DNA from: Eledone cirrhosa | Lineage: Eukaryota | DNA length: 64,000 nt | Assembly (NCBI GenBank): GCA_964016885.1 | Contig: OZ024743.1 | Span: 13,020,001 to 13,084,000, forward strand | Direction of reading: 5' to 3' | Part shown: positions 39,504-52,407 of the stretch, piece after piece | Position numbering within the stretch: position 1 is the stretch's first letter | How the letters are laid out: each line of letters begins with the position of its first letter | Position numbers and translations under genes: made by a program | The notes under the pieces: model-generated | Databases searched by the model: none | Seen by the model: the letters and a program-made list of their open reading frames with translations, nothing else | Told to the model about the DNA's origin: nothing

Positions 39504-41283
39504 ATGACTTGCATATTTCCGGAGAGACAAATAACGAAGGAAAGGATGAAAAAAAAACTACAAAGAGAAATACACACACAAATGAATGTACTCATAACAC
39601 AGCCAGAGTCACACACACACATTCACACACATTCATATAAACACGCACACACACACGAATGTTCCCACATACACATACATACATACACAGACACACGCAT
39701 ATATACGTACACACAGGAATGCATTCATTTTCACTCTCATTTACACAAACACCCTCAGGCATACGCATATATACGTACACACACAGATTCATTCGTGTAC
39801 ACTTTCGTACACACACACACACACCCACACACACACACGCACAGACACACGCATATATACGTACACACATGAACGTACAGACATACACCATCAGGCATAT
39901 GCATCACGTACACACAGGAATGCATTCAGATACACTCTCGTACACACATACACCCTCAGACATATTCATATATACGTACAAACACACGGATGCATTCATG
40001 TACATTCACGTACACACATACTCCAATGTACACTCACACACACATAGACAGAGCGGAGCTCTTCGTCTTCATTGTCAGTATTTATAGTAGCACTGACGTC
40101 AAACAATAACCAAGTGTCTCAAACGGTTTATTTGGAGTTCTTGTTATTTGGCTATTGTTTATGATGTAAGGTGTCACTTCTGTCAAATGATTGTATCTAT
40201 CATCATAAGTCATAGAATATGTTCAGTGTATGTGTTTGTGTGTCTTTGGATGTCTGCCTATGTTTGTGTGTGTGCCTGTGTTTGTGTGTGTGAAGTGTGC
40301 GTGGGATGTCGTGCATGTGTGTCTGTAGAATGTGCAGTTTGGGGTGTGTATGTATGTTTGTGGAATGTGCGGTGAGGTGATGTGTATGTATGTTCTGTAG
40401 ATGTAGAAGGAGAGTGTTAACTGTGCCATCTTTGCTTGGTGCTTCATGTTATATTTGTGTACAGAGAAAGATAACATTAAACGTTTCCCAAGAAAACTAG
40501 GGAGACTCTAGCTCGTCGTTCAATCTGAGGTGGTTTCTTATTTAGGCACAAGATGAACAGTTTTGGAGGAAAGGGACAGTCCACCCAAGTGTACTTCGTT
40601 TTATCGACAACGGAAGGATGAAAGGCAAAGTAGACATTGAAGGGATTTGAACTCAGAATGTATAGAGCAAGGAATTTGTCCGATACATCACCGATTCTCT
40701 CACTCCACCCCCTTCAATATGAAATACCAAAAAAAAAGAAGAAACAAAAAAGAAATTAAAAATAGATGCAGAGACAAATTTTACAATGTCGCCTTAGATA
40801 TGCAGTTTGAAATAAAATGAAGGGCTGGTAACGACTGCAACGCATTTAAAAGCATGCGTTTCAGATTAGGGCTAACTAGTGATAAATAAACAACAGCCAC
40901 ATTAAATGTCTCACGAACCAAAAACAGAACTTCTATGTAGTCGATCCATCTGTTAAGAATAGCAATCAAATCTTCCTCAAATCACATATAAATGTCTCGA
41001 AAATCTTGTCCAAAGCACATTGTTCCTACAAAGAACAAAAGAAAACAACAACGAAGATAAATAAAACTGCTAAATTCGTGTGATTGCTGTTCATTAATAT
41101 GAAAGACACACGTAGGAGGCTAACTTAGTTGTGATTTTAGAAGATACTAGATCACCCCTGACCCGTTGGATCACATTCACTTAAAAACATTAAAAAAAAA
41201 ATCATGTTCACTTAAAAATAATTTTTAACTAATTAAAATATACACAGACGTATATAAAGTAAAATGAAATTGGAAGGCCCATA

Positions 41284-41335
<52 letters not shown>

Positions 41336-41577
41336 TGTGTGTGTGTATTTATATGTGTGTGTGCGTATATATATATGTGAGTGTGTGTGTCTTTATATAT
41401 ATATATATGTGTGTATGTGTTTATACATATGTGTGTGTGTGTTTATTTGTATGTATGTAAGTGTGTGTGTGTGTTTATATATGTTTGCGCGTGTGAGTTT
41501 ATACGTGTATATGTGTGTGCCTGTGTGCTTGTATATGTGTGTGCCTGTGTGCTTGTATATGTGTGCATGTGCGCGTG

Positions 41578-41614
<37 letters not shown>

Positions 41615-41718
41615 TTGTATATATATATGTGTGTTTATTTATATATATGTATATATACATAGATATGTGTGTGTATGTGTTTGTTGGTGAGTATATATAT
41701 ATATATGTATTTATGTGT

Positions 41719-42041
41719 GTGAAAGCGCGTGGTTAGTGTATTTGCTTCACAATTGTAAGGTCGTGAGTTCCATTCCCGCCGGTTCGTTGTGTCCTTCAGC
41801 AAAACCCTTTATTTCACGTTGCTCCAGTTCACTCAGCTGGCAAACATGATTTGTACCTGTAATTCGAAGGCTCAGCTTTGTCACACTATGTGTCACTCTG
41901 AATCTCCCTGAGAACTACGTAAAGGGTATACGTGTCTGTGGAATGCTCAGCCACTTGCACGTCACGTTAATTTCACGAGTAGGCTTTTCCGTTGATAGTA
42001 TCAGCTGGAACACTCGTCGTCGTAAACGACGGAGTGACTCC
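41719..42041 (+). mobile_element. Family-B tRNA-derived SINE, near full length
   Basis: tRNA-like head plus GTGTCCTTCAGCAAAAC..TTTATTTCACGTTGCTCCAGTTCACTCAGCTG as in 5487-5750, but with a different 3' half ending in the hairpin CGTCGTAAACGACG. Confidence 0.75.
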
Positions 42042-42055
42042 ATTTATATCTGTGT

Positions 42056-42094
<39 letters not shown>

Positions 42095-42120
42095 GGTCTA
42101 TGTATCTATAAATTTATATA

Positions 42121-42194
42121 CAGGGTGTCCCAAAGAAATGTATACATTAATTAGAATGCTGTTGATGTGTGTATACATTTTTGGGGACACCCTG
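42121..42194. mobile_element. 74-bp Tc1/mariner-type MITE
   Basis: TIRs are CAGGGTGTCCCAAAGAAATGTATACA and TGTATACATTTTTGGGGACACCCTG. There is TA on the left flank and TG on the right. Confidence 0.75.
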
Positions 42195-42385
42195 TGTATA
42201 TATATATACATGAGTGTGTATGTACATGTATATATTTATTTATCTATTATATACATGTCACTATATTCCACTACATAACTCTTTCTCTCTCACTCTCTTA
42301 ACTCCCCCTCTCTCACTAGGCCAATAAAATCGCACCCCTCTCTATAAGATGCGAGACAAACGACAAACCCTCCATCTCAATTATG

Positions 42386-42421
42386 CTTTTGAAAAGTATA
42401 AGAACTGCGAAACCGGTAAAG
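42386..42421 (+). ncRNA. Minimal type I hammerhead candidate, U3-A8 core variant
   Basis: CTT-TTGAAAA-GTA-TAAGAAC-TGC-GAAAC-CG-GTA^AAG, then AATAAA and (TA)n. Helix III is palindromic ACCGGT. Confidence 0.5.
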
Positions 42422-42474
42422 GAAATAAATAAATTTTTTAAAAAGAAGCCAGTTGCATTTAGGATTTCTTTTGC

Positions 42475-42538
<64 letters not shown>

Positions 42539-42946
42539 AAATGTGTGTAAGGCAAAAGTAAACGGAAAATAACGAAGGAAACAAAACAGTACAATGAAGA
42601 TATATATCAGTTAACTCTTTTGTATAGTAGGCTTCTGACGCTAGTTCTTCAGCTGAAGATAGCATAAGAAATAAAAGATGAAATAGAAATATAGAGAAGT
42701 GAGAGATAAGGGATAAACTGAAAAAAAAAAGACTTTTGCGGAAAAAACACGTCCGCATTCAGTCAGGCGATATATATATGTATGTACACATGCATGTACA
42801 CATACGCTTGTACACATCTGCACTCGCATCATCTGTACTAAATCAATATAAATATCAATTAGAATAATTAATCACCTATAAAATCAAATCATTACCATTA
42901 GCTACGAGCAAACAGCTTGGATATTACGTTTGACTCTTTCCAAAGA

Positions 42947-43292
42947 ATTAACCTCGGCGGGATTTGAACTCAAACCGTAAAGGAGTGTAACTGTATGCTG
43001 CAAAGCATGGCGTCCGACCCTGTACCGATTCTGCCAATCCAATGCCCTTTTAGTAGAAGTAATGATATTGAATAATGGTTTCTTATATAGGCACAATGCC
43101 AGCAATTTTGGGGAAGGTGAAAGTCGATTAAATCGACCCCAGTGCGTGACTGGTACTTTATTTTATCGACCTCATAAGGATAAAAGGCAAAGATAACCTC
43201 GGCGAGATTTGAACTCAGATCACAGAGGACCGTAACTCTATGCTACAAAGCATGGCGTCCGACCCTCTACCGATACTGCTAATCCAACGCCC
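42947..43292 (-). mobile_element. Family-A SINEs: 5' half (42947-43042) and full long variant (43071-43292)
   Basis: Reverse complement matches to the family consensus seen elsewhere in the window. Confidence 0.88.
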
Positions 43293-43293
43293 T

Positions 43294-43984
43294 TATACAA
43301 AAATATATTCAGTGGATGGAAGAGAGCAAGCGGGGACTAAATTCCAGGACACTGAAAAAATCACTGCCTTCTTGTTCGGTGGCAAATTCAAAAGAATCAA
43401 TCACGTGACATCGAGGTTAATCAGTGAGGAGTGGAGTGTTAAAAAGACAGTAGCGAAGCTGTTACTATGAACTATAGTAGTAATTTTGGCAAATTTTTGC
43501 TCAACAAAATAATTTGGAGATAATTATAAAGAATTAGTATATCTAACAACATATATATACAGATGTATACCTATGCAAGCAAATATATAGGTTTTGTCTT
43601 AGTAACTTTGTGGTTCAATGCAAGGGGATGCAGAAAAATTATACGAAAAACGTAAAATAAGAAAATTATAGTAATTAGCTTACTTACTTAAATTTCAGTC
43701 CAACTAATTAGTTTCTGAAAGGGAATATACATGGAGAACATGGAGAAACCTTTTCAGTGTCCTGGAATTTAGTCCCCGCTTGATCTCTTCCATCCACTTA
43801 ATATATTTTTGTATAGGTTCCCTCTGTCCACGCATCGCCAGGTATCTTAGCTGAGAATTGACTCCCTGATGACGAAAAGGTTTCTCCATGTTCTCCATGT
43901 ATACTCCCTTTCAGAAACTAATTAGTTGGAGTGAAATTTAAGTAAGTAAGCTAATTACTATAATTTTCTTATTTTACGTTTTTC
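43294..43984. repeat. Two interlocked inverted repeats
   Basis: 43294-43358 vs 43751-43815 (65 bp) and 43645-43755 vs 43874-43984 (111 bp). The structure ends at a (TA)n tract. Confidence 0.85.
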
Positions 43985-43986
43985 AA

Positions 43987-44046
<60 letters not shown>

Positions 44047-44121
44047 GTATATATGTATATGTATATATATATGTATATATTTAAATATATATATGTATAT
44101 GTATATATATATGTATATATT

Positions 44122-44225
<104 letters not shown>

Positions 44226-44254
44226 CATATATATACATATACATATATATACAT

Positions 44255-44297
<43 letters not shown>

Positions 44298-44322
44298 TAT
44301 ATATATATATATATACATACAT

Positions 44323-44358
<36 letters not shown>

Positions 44359-44518
44359 TAGAATTGGAGCTCTGAAATAGCAATATATATATGGATGTAT
44401 ATATAATGTATTTTGCAATACACTTTATGCTTAATTAAAAGCATTTTGAAGACCGTAAGCTATTGTTTTAAAGTAGTGACAAATTCACTCACTTTGATCT
44501 CAGCAAACAGGGGAGATA

Positions 44519-44562
44519 ATCCGACAAGTCTTGTTTCGCTTTGGTTGAAGCTTATCAAGGCC
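44519..44562 (-). ncRNA. Type I hammerhead, U3-A8 variant (copy 1)
   Basis: The minus strand reads GGCC-TTGATAA-GCTT-CAACCA-AAGC-GAAAC-AAG-A-CTT-GTC^GGAT. Confidence 0.72.
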
Positions 44563-44836
44563 AACTACCCCACCTGTTTACTGAGATCATTGATGTTATA
44601 TTCTTATAGAAATCTAGTAAATAATCAGGAGCTGATTATGCAGAGCGGTTGTTGGTCAGGCAGAAATTAAAAATTAGAATTGGAGCTCTGAAATAGTAAT
44701 ATATATATATGGATGTATATATAATGTATTTTGCAATACACTTTATGCTTAATTAAAAGCATTTTGAAGACCGTAAGCTATTGTTTTAAAGTAGTGACAA
44801 ATTCACTCACTTTGATCTCAGCAAACAGGGGAGATA

Positions 44837-44880
44837 ATCCGACAAGTCTTGTTTCGCTTTGGTTGAAGCTTATCAAGGCC
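44837..44880 (-). ncRNA. Type I hammerhead, U3-A8 variant (copy 2)
   Basis: Identical motif 318 nt from copy 1. Confidence 0.72.
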
Positions 44881-45760
44881 AACTACCCCACCTGTTTACT
44901 GAGATCATTGATGTTATATTCTTATAGAAATCTAATAAATAATTAAGAGCTGATTATGCAGAGCGGTTGTTGGTCAGGCAGAAATTAAAAATTAGGGCTT
45001 ATCTCCCCTGTTTGCTGAGATCAAAGTGAGTGAATTTGTCACTACTTTAAAACAATAGCTTACGGTCTTCAAAATGCTTTTAATTATATGCTTTTAATAT
45101 ATGTGTGTGTGTATATATATATATATGTATATATATATGTATATATATGTATATATATGTATATGTATATATATATGTATATATATGTATATATATGTAT
45201 ATGTATATGTGTATATATATATAGACCTGTGCGAAATTCCTTCCTTGCTCACATTTCAACCAGGTTTGATGGTCTTTATTCTCTCTCGTTCACGATTTCA
45301 CCGAATTTAAATTCATAGAAATTTGGGACTTGACTCCTTCTTCCTCATTTTTCGTTGCTTCACCATTTAGGTTTGTTTACACTCGTATCCCGTTTATTTA
45401 CGTGTCCCAACGACTTTTTTTTAGCCGTTGCTCGCACCAGCCGGAGGTATATGGTCTTTAAAGCGATGAAATACCAATGATAGTTGGAAGATCACTGATG
45501 AAGGACTAACTTTATTCATATGTACCCATTAGCAACCCGCAGCACGTTTATTCTCATATTTACACATATTTTTCCCCCTGCTGTTACCCGTCTATTTCGT
45601 TCTTACTGCTTCCTCTTTCTCTGTATCTTTACCCTCTCTAGCAGTCACTCTCTCTGTTAGCCTCTTCCTCACCCTTCACTCACTCATTCTCGGCTGAGCC
45701 GTTAATTTTCATAAGGAAAGTATATACTTTCGAACGTTCAACTATCTGGCAGAAGGGTAT

Positions 45761-45803
45761 ACGGTGCTGATGATAGCTAACAAGCTTGAAACTAGTATAT
45801 CGT
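45761..45803 (+). ncRNA. Minimal type I hammerhead (copy 1)
   Basis: ACGGTG-CTGATGA-T-AGCT-AACA-AGCT-T-GAAAC-TA-GTA^TATCGT. Helix I is 6 bp and helix III is palindromic ACTAGT. Confidence 0.78.
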
Positions 45804-45962
45804 TCCTGTGTCAGTGTTGAACAAAAAGGTGACGTGGTTGCCTTAACACCGTACGGCATAAAATTCAGGCTGTTCAGTTTGTTTACAAACGAATAAAGCG
45901 GCGTTATAATAAGCATCTGCTAAACTGATACGTGCATATATGTATGTGTACCTGTATGTATA

Positions 45963-46032
<70 letters not shown>

Positions 46033-46270
46033 CATGCTACTGTACGTCTGTATACATATATGTATGTACGTATAGACACATACTTACATTTAAGTAAGTG
46101 CCGTACTAAGAGTGAGAAATGAAATTTCGTTTTCATTTTATTTCAACTTATCGTTTTCGGTATGCCTGACCGAATTAACTCACTCGATATGCAAATTAGG
46201 CTGCTCAGCCGTTAATTTTCATAAGGAAAGTATATAATTTCGAACGTTCAACTATCTGGCAGAAGGGTAT

Positions 46271-46313
46271 ACGGTGCTGATGATAGCTAACAAGCTTGAA
46301 ACTAGTACATCGT
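46271..46313 (+). ncRNA. Minimal type I hammerhead (copy 2)
   Basis: Same motif with helix I ACGGTG/CATCGT. The single difference in the motif (G-U vs G-C) preserves pairing. Confidence 0.8.
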
Positions 46314-46607
46314 TCCTGTGTCAGTGTTGAACAAAAAGGTGACGTGGTTGCCTTAACACCGTACGGCATAAAATTCAGGCTGTTCAGTTTGTTTACAAAC
46401 GAACAAAGTGGCGTTATAATAAGCGTCCGCTAAACTGATACGTGCATATATGTATGTGTACCTGTATGTATATATATGTATATATATATATATATATATG
46501 TGCATGCTACTGTACGTCTGTATACATATATGTATGTACGTATACACACATACTTACATATATATATATATATTTTACATATACATATATACATATATAT
46601 ACACACG

Positions 46608-46675
<68 letters not shown>

Positions 46676-46762
46676 CATATATATATATATAAATACATAT
46701 ACATATATATATAAATACATATATATATATATATAAATACATATACATATATATATATATAT

Positions 46763-47490
46763 AATAAAAAATTGAACAGGGACAGAACAGAGAGGCAGTA
46801 CGACAAATGTTTATTAGATTCACGCTCAGGAGAGTGGGGGGTAGGTGGAGGACGACGTTTCGGGCATAAGCCCTTCTTCAGGTAAGAGTTCAAAAGGTGT
46901 GTAGGGGAGTGGTGGAGAGACATATAGCGAAAGGAAACGGTGCGAATGAAAAATTAACAAATAAAGACAAAAATATAATAAATAATAAATAAAAATAAAG
47001 CATGATCAAAATACAAGGAATGAGAACATTTAAAAATAAAGGCATGATCAAAATAAACTGAAATTAAAAGGTGGGGTAAACAGGTGGTGGAAGGGTGTGG
47101 GGTGAGTAGAGGTGGAGGCGGGTGGAGTGGGGAGAGGGAGACGGGGTGTCCGAGCGAGGAGGGCTGAAGGTGGTGTGTGTGGTTAGGTGTGCGTGTGTGT
47201 GTGTGTATGTGAAAGTGAGGGTTGGGGGAAGAACGGGGTTGCATGTTCAGGAAGGTGTGTGTGGGGGGTGTTTTTGTGTGTCAGAGGGTCTGTGCGTGTG
47301 TGGATAGGGGGTGGGGGGAGAGGAATCAGGGGGCTGAGGGTGTAAATATGTGGTGGGAAGCACGTGTGTGTGGTTTAAGCGTGTTGTGGGTGTGGGTGGC
47401 GTGTGGATAAAACAATTTGTTTTGGGATGTGTGTGTGGGTGAGTTATATAGGTGATGGTGTTAGAGGATGGTTGAAAAGTGGTAAGTTAC
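46763..47490 (-). mobile_element. Second, shorter copy of the Penelope-like 3' region
   Basis: Collinear with about 8178-8900 and bounded by (TA)n on both sides. Confidence 0.85.
46852..46883 (-). ncRNA. Minimal type I hammerhead motif
   Basis: AC-CTGAAGA-A-GGGC-TTAT-GCCC-GAAAC-GTC^GT. Helix II is perfect and helix I is weak. Confidence 0.7.
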
Positions 47491-47520
47491 ACGGATATAT
47501 ATATATATATATATACATAT

Positions 47521-47619
<99 letters not shown>

Positions 47620-47623
47620 TATA

Positions 47624-47665
<42 letters not shown>

Positions 47666-47684
47666 TATATATATATCAGCGTGT

Positions 47685-47734
47685 TCTTGTCTAATGACCC
47701 AGTGATAAACAGACGAAACTCCAGAGTAACAAGA
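47685..47734 (+). ncRNA. Degenerate type I hammerhead (G5A, eroded helix II)
   Basis: TCTTGT-CTAATGA-..-GAAAC-TC-CA-GA-GTA^ACAAGA. Helix I is a perfect 6 bp and helix III pairs. Confidence 0.55.
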
Positions 47735-49179
47735 CAGTGTTTAGCCTTAACACAATTAATATATTCGTATATATACGCTTGCAAACGAATTGAACATTAA
47801 TAATATTATAATAATATTATTATTCGATCAAAAAACATATGAATGCATATATATATATATATACTATACAACCGCGCGTACACACACACACAAATACATA
47901 TATACATATTACTGTATATACATATGTTGTATATGTAATATATACATATATTGTATATGTAATATATACATATGTTGTATATGTAATATATACGTATGTG
48001 TGTTCGAATATGTAGATGTATGTATTTGGAAGTAAATACTCCAACGCAAAAGACAACATTCACCCCCACCTCACAAACTCACACAAAGAAGAAAAATTTC
48101 TTTAGGTCAACTAACTTGGTTCCATTGCAAAGTTTGTAGCTTTATCTAGAATAACATAATCAGAATTTGCATTATATGATACCAGGTAATATATAAAACT
48201 CTGGAGAGATTTTTGCTTATAATAAAAGGAATTTCGAAATTGGCAGCTACCTACTTTATGTGGCTGTAGTGAGTAATTCATAAAATTGCTTGGAGCCAAT
48301 ACTGGTGTTACATCATTATCTTATTGACTACTTCTCAAGATTATTTGCTACTTACCATTGAAGTGTCGTATCGCATTCAAACTGATTAATTTCCCTGGTG
48401 ACCACTGTACACGGCGTTCAAATGCTTCACTGCCATGTTAGTTAACTCTTAAGACGTATTCCGATGTTAATCATGTAAAAAAAAAAAAGAATAACAAAAT
48501 TCATTGTGAAAGCAACATGAATAGACAGTAATAACATCAGTAATAATGTCAACAAAATCAATAAAATAAGATGTAAATGAATAAATAAATAAATATGTAA
48601 TAAAAATAGTAATGAGAATCGTAAGAATTTCTTTTCTTCGATTTAGTACAAAGTCGTTTCTTGAAAAGAAATGCAATATATTCATTTGAATTAAAACGAT
48701 GATATTACTGGTACGTGTTTTGTATATCGTGAATTTGTGAAATTCAGAATAGTACCACACCTACTATGAAAGGTATATTAAAATTGTCTACAGTTATATC
48801 TACACTACTACTCCTACCAGTTTTTATGTTAGGCAAAAAACCAATAATTTGAGCGGGGGAAAATGCGATTATGTTCGCTCCAGTACATGAAACATAACTG
48901 GATATTAATCAATCCTGGAAGAATGAAAGGCAAAGTTTATCATGTCGGTATTTGAATTTAAAATGCATAGGTACATAACAATATATACAACCGTTCGTTA
49001 GCTAAAAATATTAGACAAATCGTTGTCAAATTATACATCTACCTGACAGAGAAGAGGTAAGCTAAAGTGCAAATATATAATGATCCAGAAGGTTTTGACA
49101 AGAAGCCGAAACGGCGAAACAGATTCTAACACCAAATGAAAAATGTGCAATCAACACAATGAAACGGTTGACCACACCA

Positions 49180-49640
49180 TATCACCTTCGGCTGCTCTGT
49201 CCTTGTCAAGTATGTATATATACACTGACATTACCAATTTCTGAACTATATCCATTGGGAAACATGCCAACACTTCGATGTGAAAACAAACAAGAAATTA
49301 TATAGCATGTACCCAACACAGTACATGACAGCAAACTGGTAACAATCATATGGAATATGCACATACCCAAATGGACTAAGAAATCAAGACAACTCTCCAG
49401 ACACAATAATATCCAATGACAAAACTTAACATGTGCTAATAGGCATAACAATCCATTCTAACCAAAATAACACCAGTAAAGACGTGAGAAATGTTAATCT
49501 TAAAATCGAAATATACATGATATAGGGAATGAAGGTAATATCAGTCCTAAATTTAATTGGAGTACTAGATATGATGATAAAATATGAACAAAAACTTAGA
49601 AGACATACCAGGATACACAGCACTACACTGTTTCCGGAAA
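49180..49640 (+). mobile_element. Degenerate R4/Dong-like non-LTR element remnant (restriction-like endonuclease region)
   Basis: Broken frames give HVPNTV..VTIIWNMHI, SPDTII, LKIEIYMI*GMKV..LIGVLDMM and IPG, the order typical of the RPD..D..E.K REL domain. Confidence 0.55.
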
Positions 49641-50264
49641 ATAGCTTTGCGTGTAACAGCCTACAACCTGAACATGGCATTATCGATTCAATATCCCGAT
49701 CATATAGAATAATTTTCACATACAACTCATATCTTATATAATAAGCACATAATAAAATAAAACAACGCAACTCACAAAATAAAGTTCTCAGACCAAATAG
49801 AACAATCTTCACACACAACACATACCTTATACAATAAGTACCTAATAAAATAAAATAACACAATTCCTTTATCGTGCACGGCAGAACAAACACAAGAAAC
49901 TACAAGCTTAACCGCATAACAAAATAAAGGTGATAAAATAAACTAACATGAGATGTCTATGCTCTCGCATCCTCTACAAAAAGAACAGAACGCTGAAACT
50001 CCTCAGGAATACGGAGGAGAACTAGAGGATTCAGGATAAACTCGTACGAAACCATCAAATAACTAATGCGCAAGGCCAACAATTTTTGGAGGTGGGAAAG
50101 TCGATTGTATCGACCTAAATACGTGACTGGTACTTTTTTTTATTCGAATGATAAAAGGCAAAGTTGACCTCAGAAGGGAAAAAGCCGGAATAAATGCCTG
50201 TTAAACATTTGCCCGACTCTCTAACGTCTCTGCCAGTGCACCACCCTCACAGATTAGTTAGTAA

Positions 50265-52100
50265 CACTAGGGAACAATGTTTGGTTCCCACGATGTTATA
50301 CTGGTTTCAGGGTATACCGTGGACCCAGATACTAAATGTGACATGCGCAAACAACAGAAAAATTCATTTTTAATAAGACATCTTATGCAAACAAAGTTTT
50401 GTGGATTTCCCGCGATAAAATATGCCTCGACATTCACGGTGGATGATCAATCAGTAATCTGCCATCATAAGAGTACCCATCGTCCGCAGTACCGTTCATC
50501 CATGGTTCTTACTTCTTGGTGAAATCGCTCACCCTTTTCCTCACTTAGATTCTTGAGGTTATCTGGGAAACGATCCAAATGAATGTGGAGGTAATACAGT
50601 TTGATGCTCACTTTACAGCCAAGTTTACAAAAGGAAGAGAGCGTATTCTTCACAAGTTCATCATAGTTCACCATAGCCTTATGATTCTCAAGGAAATTCT
50701 TTACAACCATATTCAACAATGACCATGCACATACTTTAATGTTGTCCATTGAATCTGGGAAAGGTATGTCTTCCATGGATTCCTGGGATTGCGGTCAATC
50801 ACAAATCCTTGCCTTCAGCCTTTCCATGCTTATGTAAGAATATGACACATCAATACCCAGAACATTTATAAACTGCTTAATCAAACTAGTTTGATGGGTG
50901 GTCAATCAAATGTTCATTGATGATATTATTTTATCAATTCACAATGTTTTCTCTCAGAGGCAGAGGCCACTATCGTCTCCAAGAGACCACAATGTCTCTC
51001 TGAGACCACCACGTTTTCTCTCAGGAGCCACTGTCTTCTCATCCTGTGTTCATCTTTGGCTCTACTGTCCAAGAGACATATAAGCACGGATAGTGTATTT
51101 TGATATGCTTAGTTTCATTAGCAATCCTTACACGTTGTTGCAGAAAACAGTCATTATCGTTTGAGAAGAAGCGTAAGAAATCTTTTTCTTTGTCACGATA
51201 TAACTCGATTTTAGTTCCTTGTAACAGTATAGGCCTTACACCGAACCGAGAAGCTAACAACCCAGACAATTTATTCGAAAGATTTATGAATGAGGTCATT
51301 CAATTGATATTGACTAAAACGTTCTGCAACTGATTATGGTTTTTTGAAATCAGTAATTTTGTCCACATGCTTTCTTTGTCAGTAGTTAATTAATCAGCTT
51401 CTTTAAGGAGCACTAGTATATGGATTTCATCTGAATGTGCGATAGGCCGTCTAGCTGAGTCTATATTAGGGGACGTCAATTTACCCTGGTTACATCAATT
51501 GATGCCCTTTATATTCACCGAACAAAAGTAACAGTTGCCACTTTGTTTTTATGTTCTCTTCATATCATTTTAATACCAAGTTTCAGGCCTGTCCTCTTTC
51601 CGTTGGTCAATTGCCACAGATGCTCTGTTCATATTTTACATACAATATGAGCAGCTCATTTCTTCTTGGTTCTGTAGCTGTAGTTTGAAGTAGGCCAAAT
51701 GCGCTCTTTTCCCAAAATTGCGAATAATTTTATCTCTGTTCAATAAATGAACACTTTCTGCAATTAAAACAAAAACATATCTGGATGATTCAAACATTTT
51801 CTTACCTATGACGTTATATCAACGCATGCAGCAGGAAATAATTCATGATAGTACATGTACAATGCACATTCAAGACAGCAAAACCATAACTTCAATTTAA
51901 TTATAGATGCATTTAGATTTACGAGCAACTCAAGACCGTTCTCATAAGGTAATATATTAAGCAATGTGTATGCAATATCTAAATGTAAATACAGCTGGAA
52001 CAGAATGAATGTTATTTTATGAATCAGCAGCATGCAGATACCCAGAATTACTTCTAAAATCCTAGGTACAGAAAAAAAATATTTTCTTTGGCCACCAATG
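50265..52100 (-). mobile_element. Degenerate Chapaev3-like (CMC) DNA transposon
   Basis: The minus strand has RKCLNHPDMF and CYFC in the N-terminal region and AW..VVKNFLENHKA..KLGCKVSIKLYYLHIHLDRFPDNL..SEEKGERFHQEV..ERY.GRW at the C-terminus. The left terminus is TAA|CACTAGGGAACAA and the right terminus is degenerate. Confidence 0.75.
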
Positions 52101-52105
52101 TATTT

Positions 52106-52315
52106 ATTGTTTCTACTTTAGGCACAAGGCCTGCAATTTGAAGGGGAGCGGAAAGTAGATTAAATCGACCTTCAGTGCTTACTGTTACTTTATTTTACCC
52201 ACCCCGTAAGGAGGAAAGGCAAATATCACCTCGGCGGGATTTTAACTTATAATGTAAAGGACCGTAACTCTATGCAACGAAGCATGTTGTCCGATTATCT
52301 ACCGATACTGCCAAT
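52106..52315 (-). mobile_element. Family-A SINE (long variant)
   Basis: Reverse complement match to the family. Confidence 0.85.
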
Positions 52316-52407
52316 TGAAAAACAGGGACAGTGGCGATTTTTATTAAACGTGTAAAAAAAAGATAACAGGAAACAATGAACAAGAAATTAATAATAATAA
52401 AATTCAT

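Larger units (their letters stand above)
44357..45086 (-). mobile_element. Retrozyme-like element: two tandem 316/318-bp units each with a hammerhead, plus a 91-bp inverted piece
   Basis: Units 44357-44672 and 44673-44990 are nearly identical. Segment 44996-45086 is an inverted partial copy. (TA)n lies on both sides and there is no credible ORF. Confidence 0.75.
45697..46559 (+). mobile_element. Retrozyme/pLTR-like element: two direct repeats (45697-46089, 46207-46559), each with a hammerhead, around a 117-bp spacer
   Basis: Near-identical repeats start AGCCGTTAATTTTCATAAGG and differ mainly in internal (TA)n length. The period is 510 bp. Confidence 0.75.

Noticed and set aside
38571-39872. 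Gly/Ser-rich 433-aa ORF after ORF2, and the overlapping poly-T/V/L ORFs
   Set aside because: Read-through of the (AGT/GGT)n array and CA-rich DNA. It is not an ORF3.
42605-42656. Minus-strand TCAG-CTGAAGA..AAAA..CTGA
   Set aside because: GAAA is absent and helices II/III are unconvincing. At best it is a dead relic.
43865-43880. CTGATGACGAAA hammerhead-like core; similar cores near 24281, 45495, 54415 and 62134
   Set aside because: There is no helix II and/or no helix I/III pairing in the required positions.
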